A DNA stretch of 64,000 nucleotides from assembly GCA_963771465.1 (NCBI GenBank), contig CAVYTU010000015.1, positions 128,001-192,000 on the forward strand, in the 5' to 3' direction. Source of the stretch: an uncultured delta proteobacterium. Its GTDB lineage: Bacteria > Desulfobacterota > Binatia > UBA9968. Of this stretch, positions 18,974 to 28,258 are shown one piece after another. The number at the start of each line of letters is the position of its first letter. Positions within the stretch are counted from its first letter, which is position 1. Both the position numbers and the translations under genes were made by a program. The notes under the pieces were generated by a model. That model ran no database searches. It had not been told where the DNA came from and saw nothing but the letters and a program-made list of their open reading frames with translations.

Positions 18974-20524
18974 CTAGAACTGAAAACGCCAGTTCAAGAA
19001 CACATCCACCCAATCGCCGCTTATGCCGTTGCGGCAACCGGTGGCGTTGGTCACGTTCGGCGTGTTGCAGATACCTAAGTTGTGCGCCGCCTGGTTAGCG
19101 CCGTTACGCAGGTTCGAAGCAGCGTACCACAGCACGTTGACGCCGACGTTCATGCGCGGCGCCAACACGTACCATAAATCCCACTCTCTGAGCAGCATCG
19201 TGTTGCGGTGGAATTGAGTTAGGTGGCCAATGTTTGTTGCACCACTTCCGGTAAGTGCTAGCGCGGTGCACGGGATTCCGCTTGAGCCAGCGCAGCCCAA
19301 CGACATATCGACCCGCTCGAAGTGCGTGCCTAATAAAATCGAACCGGGTTCCGTAGAAGATCCGGTCAAAAAGCCCTTTGGGCTCCACAGATATAAGTCA
19401 TGCCCGATCAGGAAACTATGCGCGCTTTTCTTTCCTCTGAATCCACCACGGTCTTCGCTGGTCTGAAAATGAGCCATGGCACGAAGTGTGTAGGGACCGA
19501 CGTTCCATACTAGGCCAGGACCATGTGATACATGTAACCCGTCACCGATGCTGCCGGCGCCGGTGCCGAACAACGTCTGGCGCCCGCCGTCCCCATGATC
19601 TTGCACCCGGTATTGGTCACAGCCATTACCGGCGGAACGATTATCCGCGTTGCAAAACCAGGCGCCATATTCAAACGTCAAGCCGCTGATCCATTTGTTC
19701 TTCACCTGTGAGAACGGCATTAGGCTTAGGTAAGCATTGAAGTCTTTGCGGTCGGTGTTGCTCTGTAGACCATCGTCGCCTTCGGCAAACGACGCCATGC
19801 CGAACTGGAACCGGCCGATGCGGCCGGGAATGCCGATGCCTGAAAGCGAACGATCATCCCAGTTGAGGATAATACCGCTGCCCGCGCGACCGGTGTTGAA
19901 ACCGTTATTGCGGGTGTGCAAATCGTACTCGGCCTGGGCGCCGACGTTGCCGGAACCTTGGCGCGCTAAACTGCCGCCCGAAGCGCCTGACACTTCCATG
20001 CCGAACTGCACGGTTGGCATCCACGGGTGCAACTGTTCCGCGTGAAACTGTACCGCGGCGCGCTGTAGGACCGAACCGACGCCAGTGCCTTGAGCGTTCT
20101 TACCGTTACCGGTGCCCCAGCCATCTAAATCGAGCGTCGACTCGATCTCCCACAAACAGTTATTGACGCAGAAGATAACTCCCGGTCTAAAACGCCGCCC
20201 CATCAACTCACCCTGGGACCGACCGATCTGGTCGCGTCCGCTCTCGAACAGATAGCGGAAGTGCGTCTCGAGGGTATGCCTAAGTCCCCACGACTTATCA
20301 GCGGCTTCAATTAACAAACCGTTGCCCGGACGAAAACTAAACGATGGCATCGCTGCGGCTGCCGCCGTCGCCTCTTTCTTGAGCTCGATCTGCTGCTCTT
20401 TTAACTGCATCAGCTCCTGCTCGAGCGTCTTGATCTTGTCATCGATCGACTGCGCTCGAACCGTCCCCGCAGCTAAAAGAAAGGCGACGAGCATGCTCGC
20501 CAACCACAAACCTTTCTTAATCAT
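18974..20524 (-). CDS. Outer-membrane beta-barrel porin (OprO/OprP-like architecture)
   Basis: Signal peptide VRA-Q, N-terminal coiled coil, amphipathic beta strands, C-terminal WRFQF. Confidence 0.75.
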   Translation of the reverse strand: MIKKGLWLASMLVAFLLAAGTVRAQSIDDKIKTLEQELMQLKEQQIELKKEATAAAAAMPSFSFRPGNGLLIEAADKSWGLRHTLETHFRYLFESGRDQIGRSQGELMGRRFRPGVIFCVNNCLWEIESTLDLDGWGTGNGKNAQGTGVGSVLQRAAVQFHAEQLHPWMPTVQFGMEVSGASGGSLARQGSGNVGAQAEYDLHTRNNGFNTGRAGSGIILNWDDRSLSGIGIPGRIGRFQFGMASFAEGDDGLQSNTDRKDFNAYLSLMPFSQVKNKWISGLTFEYGAWFCNADNRSAGNGCDQYRVQDHGDGGRQTLFGTGAGSIGDGLHVSHGPGLVWNVGPYTLRAMAHFQTSEDRGGFRGKKSAHSFLIGHDLYLWSPKGFLTGSSTEPGSILLGTHFERVDMSLGCAGSSGIPCTALALTGSGATNIGHLTQFHRNTMLLREWDLWYVLAPRMNVGVNVLWYAASNLRNGANQAAHNLGICNTPNVTNATGCRNGISGDWVDVFLNWRFQF

Positions 20525-20585
20525 CGGTGCCTCCTATCATCTCCCTCTAGACTCTCGTTTATGCCATGGGTAACTATTTTCGCTG

Positions 20586-20662
20586 GTTTTAGACCCGCAA
20601 TCATTTTGTGTCAAGGAAAAACTAGTCATTAATGGAACTTTTGTCAGCCGACAATAGTCTAA
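20586..20662 (-). promoter_or_regulatory. Putative sigma70 promoter of the porin gene with an upstream degenerate regulator box
   Basis: Minus strand TTGACA-N17-TAAAAC (20614-20586); GCCGACAATAGTCTAA at 20647-20662 shares CGAC-N3-AGTCT with the 12211 box. Confidence 0.45.
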
Positions 20663-20823
20663 GTAAAATTTTAGAGCCAAAATTTCCCAATTAATAGTCC
20701 GACCGACGCAAGCTAAGTATCTGAAACACCAGGCTTTTCGTCTTCACAGCTCTTATTAAACCGCACCAAACACCCAACTCAGCTTGTAGACTCTTTCCTG
20801 CTTCAGTAGAGTTTAAGATCATT

Positions 20824-21585
20824 ATGCTCGCTAAACGCATCATTCCCTGCCTCGATGTCAAAGCCGGGCGGGTCGTTAAAGGAGTAAAATTCCTTGAGTT
20901 ACGTGACGCCGGTGATCCCGTGCAGGTCGCCCGCTTTTACGATCGCGAAGGCGCCGACGAGCTCTGCTTTCTCGACATCACCGCATCCCATGAAAACCGC
21001 AGCATCATTCTCGATGTCGTGGCGCGAACCGCCGAGCAGGTTTTCATGCCGCTCACGGTCGGCGGCGGCATTAACAAAACTGAAGACATTCGTGCTCTCC
21101 TCAAAGCTGGCGCCGACAAAGTTTCGATCAATACCGGTGCCGTCAATCGTCCCGACTTCGTCCGCGAGGCCGCGGAAATGTTCGGCAGCCAGTGCATCGT
21201 CGTCGCCATCGACGCCAAGCGCGTCGACCAACACTGGGAGGTCTTCACCCATGGCGGACGAAATCCGACCGGGATCGATGCCTGTGAATGGGCTGAGCGG
21301 ATGGAAAAATACGGCGCCGGGGAAATCTTGCTCACCAGCATGGACCGCGACGGAACCAAGACGGGCTACGACATCGCTCTCACCCGCGCGATCTCAGATC
21401 GTGTCGGCGTACCAGTGATTGCGTCTGGGGGAGTCGGAAACCTAGAAGATATTTACCAAGGCCTGACGGACGGCAATGCCAGCGCGGCGCTCGCCGCGTC
21501 GATTTTTCATTTCCAAGAGTATACCATCGCCGAGTGCAAAAATTATTTGCACAGCCGCGGCGTCGCCGTGCGCCCGGTGCGTTGA
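20824..21585 (+). CDS. hisF: Imidazole glycerol phosphate synthase cyclase subunit
   Basis: [40 protein letters not shown]. Confidence 0.98.
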   Translation: MLAKRIIPCLDVKAGRVVKGVKFLELRDAGDPVQVARFYDREGADELCFLDITASHENRSIILDVVARTAEQVFMPLTVGGGINKTEDIRALLKAGADKVSINTGAVNRPDFVREAAEMFGSQCIVVAIDAKRVDQHWEVFTHGGRNPTGIDACEWAERMEKYGAGEILLTSMDRDGTKTGYDIALTRAISDRVGVPVIASGGVGNLEDIYQGLTDGNASAALAASIFHFQEYTIAECKNYLHSRGVAVRPVR

Positions 21586-21673
21586 GTCGGCGCTAGGTGA
21601 CGGACAAATCCTCGTCAGTATCTAGAATCGTTAAAGCGGCGCCTTGCGCGTACGGTGTGCAAGAATCTAACAA

Positions 21674-22885
21674 CTAACTAGCATTCGACGCCGCCACAAC
21701 CGCGCGTTTGCGTGGCGGATCGAAAAACGGGGTTTTGACGACTGTCACACTTGTCGTTCGCCGCGAGTACTGGATCAGAACTTCCATGTCGAGCAAGCTA
21801 CCCAGTTCCGTAAAAGGCTTCTCGAGGGTCGCCAGCGCGAGGTATTTTTTTAACGTCGGCGACCAAGCGCCGGTCGTCGCGTGTCCGATCTGCCGCTCAT
21901 CTTTGAAAACTGGTACGCCGCCGCGCCAAGCGGCGAGCGGAAAATGCGGCGCCAAGCCGGCCTGTTTGTATAGATATTCGTAGTCGTTGAGATTAATTTC
22001 GATTCCGACGATTTGGCGCGGCGGTCCGATTTCGTTCATCTCGCGCAGCGCTTTGGCGCCGATAAAATGATCTTTGTGCAAGTCCACCGTCCAGCCCAGA
22101 CCGATGTCAAAAGGCGAATATCGCTGCGTCGGTATCACCGCCTTCTCGGCGCCGATGTAGTCGACTTCTAACAGGATAAAACCGGCCTCCAAGCGCGCCA
22201 CGTCGAGCGCCAAAAGTCCTGCGGCTTTGATGCCATAGGCGTCGCCCTTTTCCATCAACACATCCCAAACACGCGCCGCATGTTCCGCACCGAACCAAAG
22301 CTCATAACCGAGGTCGCCGGTGTAGCCCGTGCGCGAAACAATAACCGGGATGTCGAGAATTTTCCCCGACGTGAGGCGAAAAAATCGTAACTGGCCTAAC
22401 GGCACATCGACGATCTGTTCGAGAATCTTTAGCGCGTTGGGCCCTTGGAGCGCGAGCGCGGCGATCTGTTCAGAAACTTCCTGAATCGATAGATCCAAGC
22501 CGATCGAATTGAGCTTCAGCCAGCGAAAACTCGGGTCAGCGAGATGGAAGCGGAAATGGTCCTCGGCGAGGCGAAACACCGTGCCGTCTTGAATCACCGC
22601 GCCGTCATTTTCGCAAAGACAGCCGTAGAGAGCTTGTCCCACACCGCACTTGGCCGCGTTGCGCGTGATCACGCGGTCGACCAGTTTCGCCGCATCCCTA
22701 CCGCGTACGTTGTATTTGTATAGCGGCGAGATATCGATCAGGCCGGCGCTGTTGCGAATCGCGTGATACTCGTAATCATGCATCACGTCGTAGGAGCTGG
22801 CGACGAAGTAGCCCGACCAGGTGCGCCAATTTTGACTGGCGCACAGCGCTGCGGTTCGCGAATGAAATGGCGTTCCGATCGGCAT
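21674..22885 (-). CDS. Aminomethyltransferase (GcvT-like folate-binding) family protein
   Basis: GTPFH, EYHAIRNSAGLIDISPL, SRTGYTGDLGYE, ARLEAG, PFFDP; no gcvH or gcvP nearby. Confidence 0.9.
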   Translation of the reverse strand: MPIGTPFHSRTAALCASQNWRTWSGYFVASSYDVMHDYEYHAIRNSAGLIDISPLYKYNVRGRDAAKLVDRVITRNAAKCGVGQALYGCLCENDGAVIQDGTVFRLAEDHFRFHLADPSFRWLKLNSIGLDLSIQEVSEQIAALALQGPNALKILEQIVDVPLGQLRFFRLTSGKILDIPVIVSRTGYTGDLGYELWFGAEHAARVWDVLMEKGDAYGIKAAGLLALDVARLEAGFILLEVDYIGAEKAVIPTQRYSPFDIGLGWTVDLHKDHFIGAKALREMNEIGPPRQIVGIEINLNDYEYLYKQAGLAPHFPLAAWRGGVPVFKDERQIGHATTGAWSPTLKKYLALATLEKPFTELGSLLDMEVLIQYSRRTTSVTVVKTPFFDPPRKRAVVAASNAS

Positions 22886-22994
22886 TACTAATTTGGATTT
22901 CCCAATTTAAATTTTGGCTTCACAGAATCATTACCTGCCACATTGACTTGAGGCAAGAAATTACCAAATATGCTGCCTTAAGCAAATCACCGCA

Positions 22995-24584
22995 ATGCAA
23001 ACCTACGACGCGATTATCATCGGCGCCGGCCACAATGGTCTGACGAGCGCCGCCTATCTAGCCAAGGCCGGCAAAAAAGTTCTCGTCCTCGAACGGCGCC
23101 ATGTGCTCGGCGGCGCGGCGGTCACGGAAGAAATTTATCCCGGTTTTAAATATTCCGTGTGTTCTTACGTCGTCAGTCTGCTCCGACCCGAAGTCATCCG
23201 CGAGCTTGAGCTGCCCAAATACGATCTCGAAATCATTCCCCTCGACAGCACGTTTACGCCGATGCCCGACGGCGACTATCTTTTTCGCTGCGGCGATCAC
23301 GCCAGAACCCGCCGCGAGATCGCGCGCCACTCGGTGGCCGACGCCGAAGCCTACGATCAGTACGGCCAGCTGATGGTACAGATGGCGATGGCGGTAAAAC
23401 CCATGCTCGGCATGATTCCGCCCGAGCCGACGACCTGGAATCCTAAAGATCTTTTTCGCCTCGCCACCGTCGGCAATCACTTTCGCGGCCTCGGCGAGAA
23501 ACTCTTGTACGATCTCACCAAGCTCATGACCATGAGCTCCGCCGACTTTCTCGACGAGTGGTTCGAGACCGATGTGCTCAAAGCAACCATGTCGGCGAGC
23601 GGTATCATCGGCACCTTCATGGGACCGCGCTCGCCGGGAACGGCTTACGTGCTGTTGCACCATTATATGGGCGAGCTCGACGGTGCGTTTCGCTCTTGGG
23701 GTTTTGCCCGTGGCGGCACCGGCTCGATCAGCCGCGTGATCGCCGAGGCGGCGCGCCACCATGGCGCGGAGATAAGAACCGAAGCGCCGGTCGATCAGGT
23801 GCTGATCAAAAACGGCCGGGCACACGGCGTCGTGCTTCAATCCGGCGAAGAAATCCAAGCCAAAGTCATCGTCTCCGGCGTCGATCCGAAAAGAACATTT
23901 TTAAAAATGATCGACAGCCAACATCTCGATGCGCCGTTCATAAAGCAGATCCAGGATTTTAAGATCCGCGGCTCATCAGCGAAAGTGAACCTGTCGCTGG
24001 ACGGCTTACCCAATTTCACCAGCATGCCCGGTAACGGCCCGCACTTGGCCGGCGCGATGTCGATCAGCCCGAGCCTGGACTACATTGAGCGCGCCTATGA
24101 CGACGCCAAGTACGGCGATTTCTCGCGCCATCCGTACATGGATATCATTTTGCCCTCCATGCTCGATCCGTCCATGGCGCCGCCGGGAAAACATGTGATG
24201 TCGATCTTCGTCCAGTACGCGCCCTATCATTTAAAAAACGGAACGTGGCCGGAGAAACGCGAAGCGCTCGGCGACGCCGTCATCGAGACCATCTCGGAAT
24301 ACGCGCCGAATCTGAAAAATCTCATTCTCCATCGCCAGGTCGTGACGCCGTGGGACTTGGAGCAAGAGTTCGGGCTTACCGAAGGAAATATTTTTCAAGG
24401 TGAGTTGACCCTCGACCAACTGTTCTTTCTCCGCCCGGTGGCGGGTTGGGCGAAATACCGCACGCCGATTCAGAATCTTTATATGTGCGGCGCCTGCACC
24501 CACCCGGGTGGCGGCGTGATGGCCGCGTCGGGAAGATTGGCCGCCCTGGAAATTTTGAAAGACACGCAAAGGAGCTTTCGCTAA
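22995..24584 (+). CDS. FAD-dependent oxidoreductase, phytoene dehydrogenase-like (COG1233)
   Basis: IIGAGHNGL FAD motif, DPSMAPPGKH, C-terminal CGACTHPGGGV. Confidence 0.9.
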   Translation: MQTYDAIIIGAGHNGLTSAAYLAKAGKKVLVLERRHVLGGAAVTEEIYPGFKYSVCSYVVSLLRPEVIRELELPKYDLEIIPLDSTFTPMPDGDYLFRCGDHARTRREIARHSVADAEAYDQYGQLMVQMAMAVKPMLGMIPPEPTTWNPKDLFRLATVGNHFRGLGEKLLYDLTKLMTMSSADFLDEWFETDVLKATMSASGIIGTFMGPRSPGTAYVLLHHYMGELDGAFRSWGFARGGTGSISRVIAEAARHHGAEIRTEAPVDQVLIKNGRAHGVVLQSGEEIQAKVIVSGVDPKRTFLKMIDSQHLDAPFIKQIQDFKIRGSSAKVNLSLDGLPNFTSMPGNGPHLAGAMSISPSLDYIERAYDDAKYGDFSRHPYMDIILPSMLDPSMAPPGKHVMSIFVQYAPYHLKNGTWPEKREALGDAVIETISEYAPNLKNLILHRQVVTPWDLEQEFGLTEGNIFQGELTLDQLFFLRPVAGWAKYRTPIQNLYMCGACTHPGGGVMAASGRLAALEILKDTQRSFR

Positions 24585-24589
24585 TCGCC

Positions 24590-26179
24590 GTGGCAAAATA
24601 CGACGCGATCGTCATTGGCGCCGGCCACAATGGCTTGGTGACGGCGGCCTATCTCGCCAAGGCCGGCAAAAAAGTTCTAGTTCTGGAGCGCCGCCCCGTG
24701 ATTGGCGGTATTGCCGCCAGCGAAGAAATTTTTGCCGGATTTAAGTACGCCACCTGCGCACATCTGGCCGGCTCCTTCGTCGCCGCGATCGTCACTGAAC
24801 TGAATCTCCAAAAGCATGGACTGGAAATTCTCCCGCTCGATCCGCTGATCTTCGCGCCGAGTTTAAACGACAAACCCCTCTTCATTCCACGCGATCCAAA
24901 TAAAGCGATCGAAGAAATCCGCCGCCATTCGTCGCGCGACGCCGAGAAGTTTACCGAGTTTTGTTCACTCACTAAAAAACTATCCGAATTTCTCTTTACC
25001 CTTTACTCCTTACCTCTTCCCGATCGCGCCACGCGCGGAGAATTGAACCCGATGGCGCTAGTCAAAGCAGTGTGGAAGTTTCACCGCCTGGGCAAGAGGG
25101 ACATGTACGAATTTCTCCGCTTCCTGCCCATGGGCATGGCCGACTTGCTCAATGAATGGTTCGAGAACGAAGCGCTTAGAGCCGCCATCGCCGCCAGCAG
25201 CATGCTCGGCTCCTTTGTCGGGCCGCGCCAACAAGGTACGGTTTACAATTTTCTCTACCATCAGCTCGGCGCCGGAACCGGCGCTTTTCGCGCCGCCGGC
25301 TTTGTCCGCGGCGGCATGAGCGCCATTCCACATGCGCTATCACTCGCAGCCCAACAACATGGCGCCGAGATCCGCACCGGCGCCGAGGTCGTAACGGTCA
25401 CCACCAAAAGCGGTGCGGCAACCGGCGTTGTGCTCGCCAATGGAACCGAGTTCGCGGCCGACAGAATAATTTCCAGTGTCGACGTCAAAAAAACATTTCT
25501 AAAACTGGTCGAGCCGACTTACGTCGATCCGCTATTTTTGCTCCAGGTGAAAAATATTCGCGCCCGCGGCACGGTGGCGAAAGTGAATCTGGCGCTGGAC
25601 GCCCTGCCGAATTTTAGATCGTCCACGGGCCAAGCGGCCGAGCTCGGCGGCGTCATCCACGTTGGCCCGACAACGGAATATCTAGAGCGTGCAGCCGACG
25701 ACGCCAAATACGGCCGCTTCTCCCAAGCGCCGTTTTTGGAAATCACGCTGCCATCGATCGGCGATCCGTCGTTGGCTCCAGCCGGCAAGCACGTGATGTC
25801 GGTCTGGATGCAGTCGGCGCCCTATCATTTGCGAGACGGCAATTGGAATAAGCAGCGCGACGCTGTTGGTGAAACGGTGGTGAAGGTGATTGAAGAGCAC
25901 GCGCCGGGCTTTAAAAACTCGATTCTGCACCGCCAAGTTTTAACCCCGCTCGATCTCGAACAGACCTATGGTTTGACCGAAGGCCATCTCTACCACGCCG
26001 AGTTGGCGCTCGATCAGATTTTTTTCATGCGTCCCGTCCCCGGCTGGTCGCGCTACCACACGCCGATCGACAATCTCTATCTTTGCGGCTCGGGCACTCA
26101 TCCCGGTGGCGGTGTAACCGGGCTGCCGGGCTACTACGCCGCCAAAGAAATTCTCAAGAGATCAAAGCGCAAAAGCTAA
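24590..26179 (+). CDS. Second COG1233 FAD-dependent oxidoreductase
   Basis: GTG start at 24590; YDAIVIGAGHNGL, DPSLAPAGKH, CGSGTHPGGGV. Confidence 0.9.
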   Translation: MAKYDAIVIGAGHNGLVTAAYLAKAGKKVLVLERRPVIGGIAASEEIFAGFKYATCAHLAGSFVAAIVTELNLQKHGLEILPLDPLIFAPSLNDKPLFIPRDPNKAIEEIRRHSSRDAEKFTEFCSLTKKLSEFLFTLYSLPLPDRATRGELNPMALVKAVWKFHRLGKRDMYEFLRFLPMGMADLLNEWFENEALRAAIAASSMLGSFVGPRQQGTVYNFLYHQLGAGTGAFRAAGFVRGGMSAIPHALSLAAQQHGAEIRTGAEVVTVTTKSGAATGVVLANGTEFAADRIISSVDVKKTFLKLVEPTYVDPLFLLQVKNIRARGTVAKVNLALDALPNFRSSTGQAAELGGVIHVGPTTEYLERAADDAKYGRFSQAPFLEITLPSIGDPSLAPAGKHVMSVWMQSAPYHLRDGNWNKQRDAVGETVVKVIEEHAPGFKNSILHRQVLTPLDLEQTYGLTEGHLYHAELALDQIFFMRPVPGWSRYHTPIDNLYLCGSGTHPGGGVTGLPGYYAAKEILKRSKRKS

Positions 26180-26245
26180 CAGCGCCTGGGATTTGCGGGC
26201 CGTCCGTGATAGACGGAAAGCAAATTTATCAGAAGGTCCAATTGG

Positions 26246-27226
26246 ATGAAACTTTATCTCGCCCTTCTCGAAAGCTCATATCCCGAACAGACTAGAATCT
26301 TCGCCGAGATTGACGGCAAACTCATCGATCTAAACCTCGCCTACGCTGCCATTCTCTCCCGGACGGCCAATCATGCCAGCGCCTATGATCTCGCCACATA
26401 TTATTTTCCGCCAACGCTCGCGGCGTATCTCGAACGCGGCGAGCCGGCGAGAAAAGCGTTGGACGAGGTCGCTCAGTTGGCGCGCCGAGGCGGCGCCGGC
26501 GATTTACGCGGTCCGGCCGGCGAGAAGGTCGCTTACGATGCCAAAGAAGTTCACCTGCTGCCGCCGTTGCAAAATCCCGAGAAAAGCTTCGTCATCGGCT
26601 TTTCGGACCGCGCGAGGGTCGAAGCCTTGCCGCAAGCGGAAATCCCTACGGGATTTTACAAGCTGCCGCAAACCTTCGTGACCGACGGCGCAGCCATCGT
26701 TTGGCCCAAATTTTCCAATGAAGTGGACGCCGATGGCTGCTTGGCGATCGTCATCGGCAAGGCCGGCAAAAGAATCGCGCCGGAAAATGCTTGGGATCAT
26801 GTCGCCGGCGCAACGTTGATGGTCGACATCACCGCCCGGGACGTCAATAAACGCGAAGGGCTTACGACCAACAACCTGCTCGGCAAAAATTTCCCTTCGA
26901 GCACTTGCCTCGGCCCAGCGCTGCTCGTTGGAAGTCATCGAAACGATTTCGAAGCGTTGGCAGTCGAGCTAACGCTCGATGGCGTGGTGAAGCAGAAGTT
27001 TTCCTTGCGTGATTGCGTTTTTACAGTCGAGCAAATCATCGCGCGCTGGTCGATCCTCGGCATCAAGCCGGGCGACTGGCTCGCCATCGGTGCCAGCATG
27101 GCACTCAAAAACGACCGGCTGCAAAATCCCGTGCCGCTCAAAATCGGCTCGACCCTTCGTTGCGCGTCGCCGGTTCTCGGCGAGCTCACTCATCGAGTCG
27201 TCGCCGCCGGAGGAATAACCCGATGA
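26246..27226 (+). CDS. Fumarylacetoacetate hydrolase family protein with degenerate metal site
   Basis: FAH-fold signature DITARD, GKNFP; DADGCL replaces the usual DYExEL. Confidence 0.8.
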   Translation: MKLYLALLESSYPEQTRIFAEIDGKLIDLNLAYAAILSRTANHASAYDLATYYFPPTLAAYLERGEPARKALDEVAQLARRGGAGDLRGPAGEKVAYDAKEVHLLPPLQNPEKSFVIGFSDRARVEALPQAEIPTGFYKLPQTFVTDGAAIVWPKFSNEVDADGCLAIVIGKAGKRIAPENAWDHVAGATLMVDITARDVNKREGLTTNNLLGKNFPSSTCLGPALLVGSHRNDFEALAVELTLDGVVKQKFSLRDCVFTVEQIIARWSILGIKPGDWLAIGASMALKNDRLQNPVPLKIGSTLRCASPVLGELTHRVVAAGGITR

Positions 27227-28176
27227 AGCTGGTAACTTTTCTTCTCGATGGCCAGGAAAGAATCGGCGCCGACGTCGAAGGCGCTGCCGGCCGCGTGGTC
27301 GATTTGCATCGGGCTTATGCTGCTTATCTGCGCGACGTCGAGAAAAACCTTAGTGCCGATCCGTTGGCCGCCGCTGTCCTCGGCCGCGACATGGTCGAGT
27401 TTCTAAAGCGCGGAGAAAAAGCCGTAGACGCCGCGCGCACGGCGCTGGCGCATGCAGAGAACAATCCGCGCGACGGCTGTACCGTCGACCGCCAACGGGT
27501 GCGACTCATGGCGCCCGTACCACGGCCCGGCGCGCTGGTGTCGGCGGGCAAAAACTTTTCCGATCACGTGTCGGAAATGTCGTCGAAAAAAGGTCCGAGC
27601 AATCCAGTGGCATTCTTGAAGCTGCCCGGAAGTGTGATCGGCCCGGAAGACGAGATTCCCCATCCGCCCGAAGTAAAAAATTTCGACTACGAGGTCGAGC
27701 TCGCCGTGGTCATCGGCAAACCTTGTGTCGATGTGAGTGTCGATGAAGCGCTGGATTACGTCGCGGGATATTCGGCATTCAACGACATCAGCGCGCGCGA
27801 TGTGATTCGCGTTGAGAACAAAACCGGCATTCACTTGATGGGCAAAAGTTTTCCCGGCTTCGCGCCGATGGGTCCGTATCTCGTCACCGCCGATGAAATC
27901 CCCGATCCGCAGCGTCTTAAACTCTGGCTCCGGGTCAACGGCGAGACCCGCCAGGATTCCAATCTCGGCTATATGATTTTTAAGATTCCCGACATGATCG
28001 CCTACTGGTCGCAGATGGGGCTCAATCCCGGCGACGTGCTCACCACCGGCACGCCGCGCGGCGTCGCCGCCGGCAGAAAGCCGGATCAAACACCCTGGTG
28101 GTTAAAACCCGGTGACGTGGTCGAAGCCGAAGTCGAAAATATCGGCCGGCTTAGAAACCGCATCGTTGCCGAATGA
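27223..28176 (+). CDS. Fumarylacetoacetate hydrolase family protein
   Basis: ATG 27223 overlaps the previous stop; GKNFSDH, DYEVELAVVIGK, NDISARD, TGTPRGV. Confidence 0.93.
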   Translation: MKLVTFLLDGQERIGADVEGAAGRVVDLHRAYAAYLRDVEKNLSADPLAAAVLGRDMVEFLKRGEKAVDAARTALAHAENNPRDGCTVDRQRVRLMAPVPRPGALVSAGKNFSDHVSEMSSKKGPSNPVAFLKLPGSVIGPEDEIPHPPEVKNFDYEVELAVVIGKPCVDVSVDEALDYVAGYSAFNDISARDVIRVENKTGIHLMGKSFPGFAPMGPYLVTADEIPDPQRLKLWLRVNGETRQDSNLGYMIFKIPDMIAYWSQMGLNPGDVLTTGTPRGVAAGRKPDQTPWWLKPGDVVEAEVENIGRLRNRIVAE

Positions 28177-28258
28177 AATTTCACAGCGCAACTTCGATGA
28201 ATCACCGCGCTCCGAAGTTATCTGTCCGATCCGTCCGATCTAGCCTCAAGGAGCCCAC

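Noticed and set aside
22995-26179. Carotenoid biosynthesis cluster
   Set aside because: No phytoene synthase or prenyl synthase nearby; the context points to folate-linked catabolism
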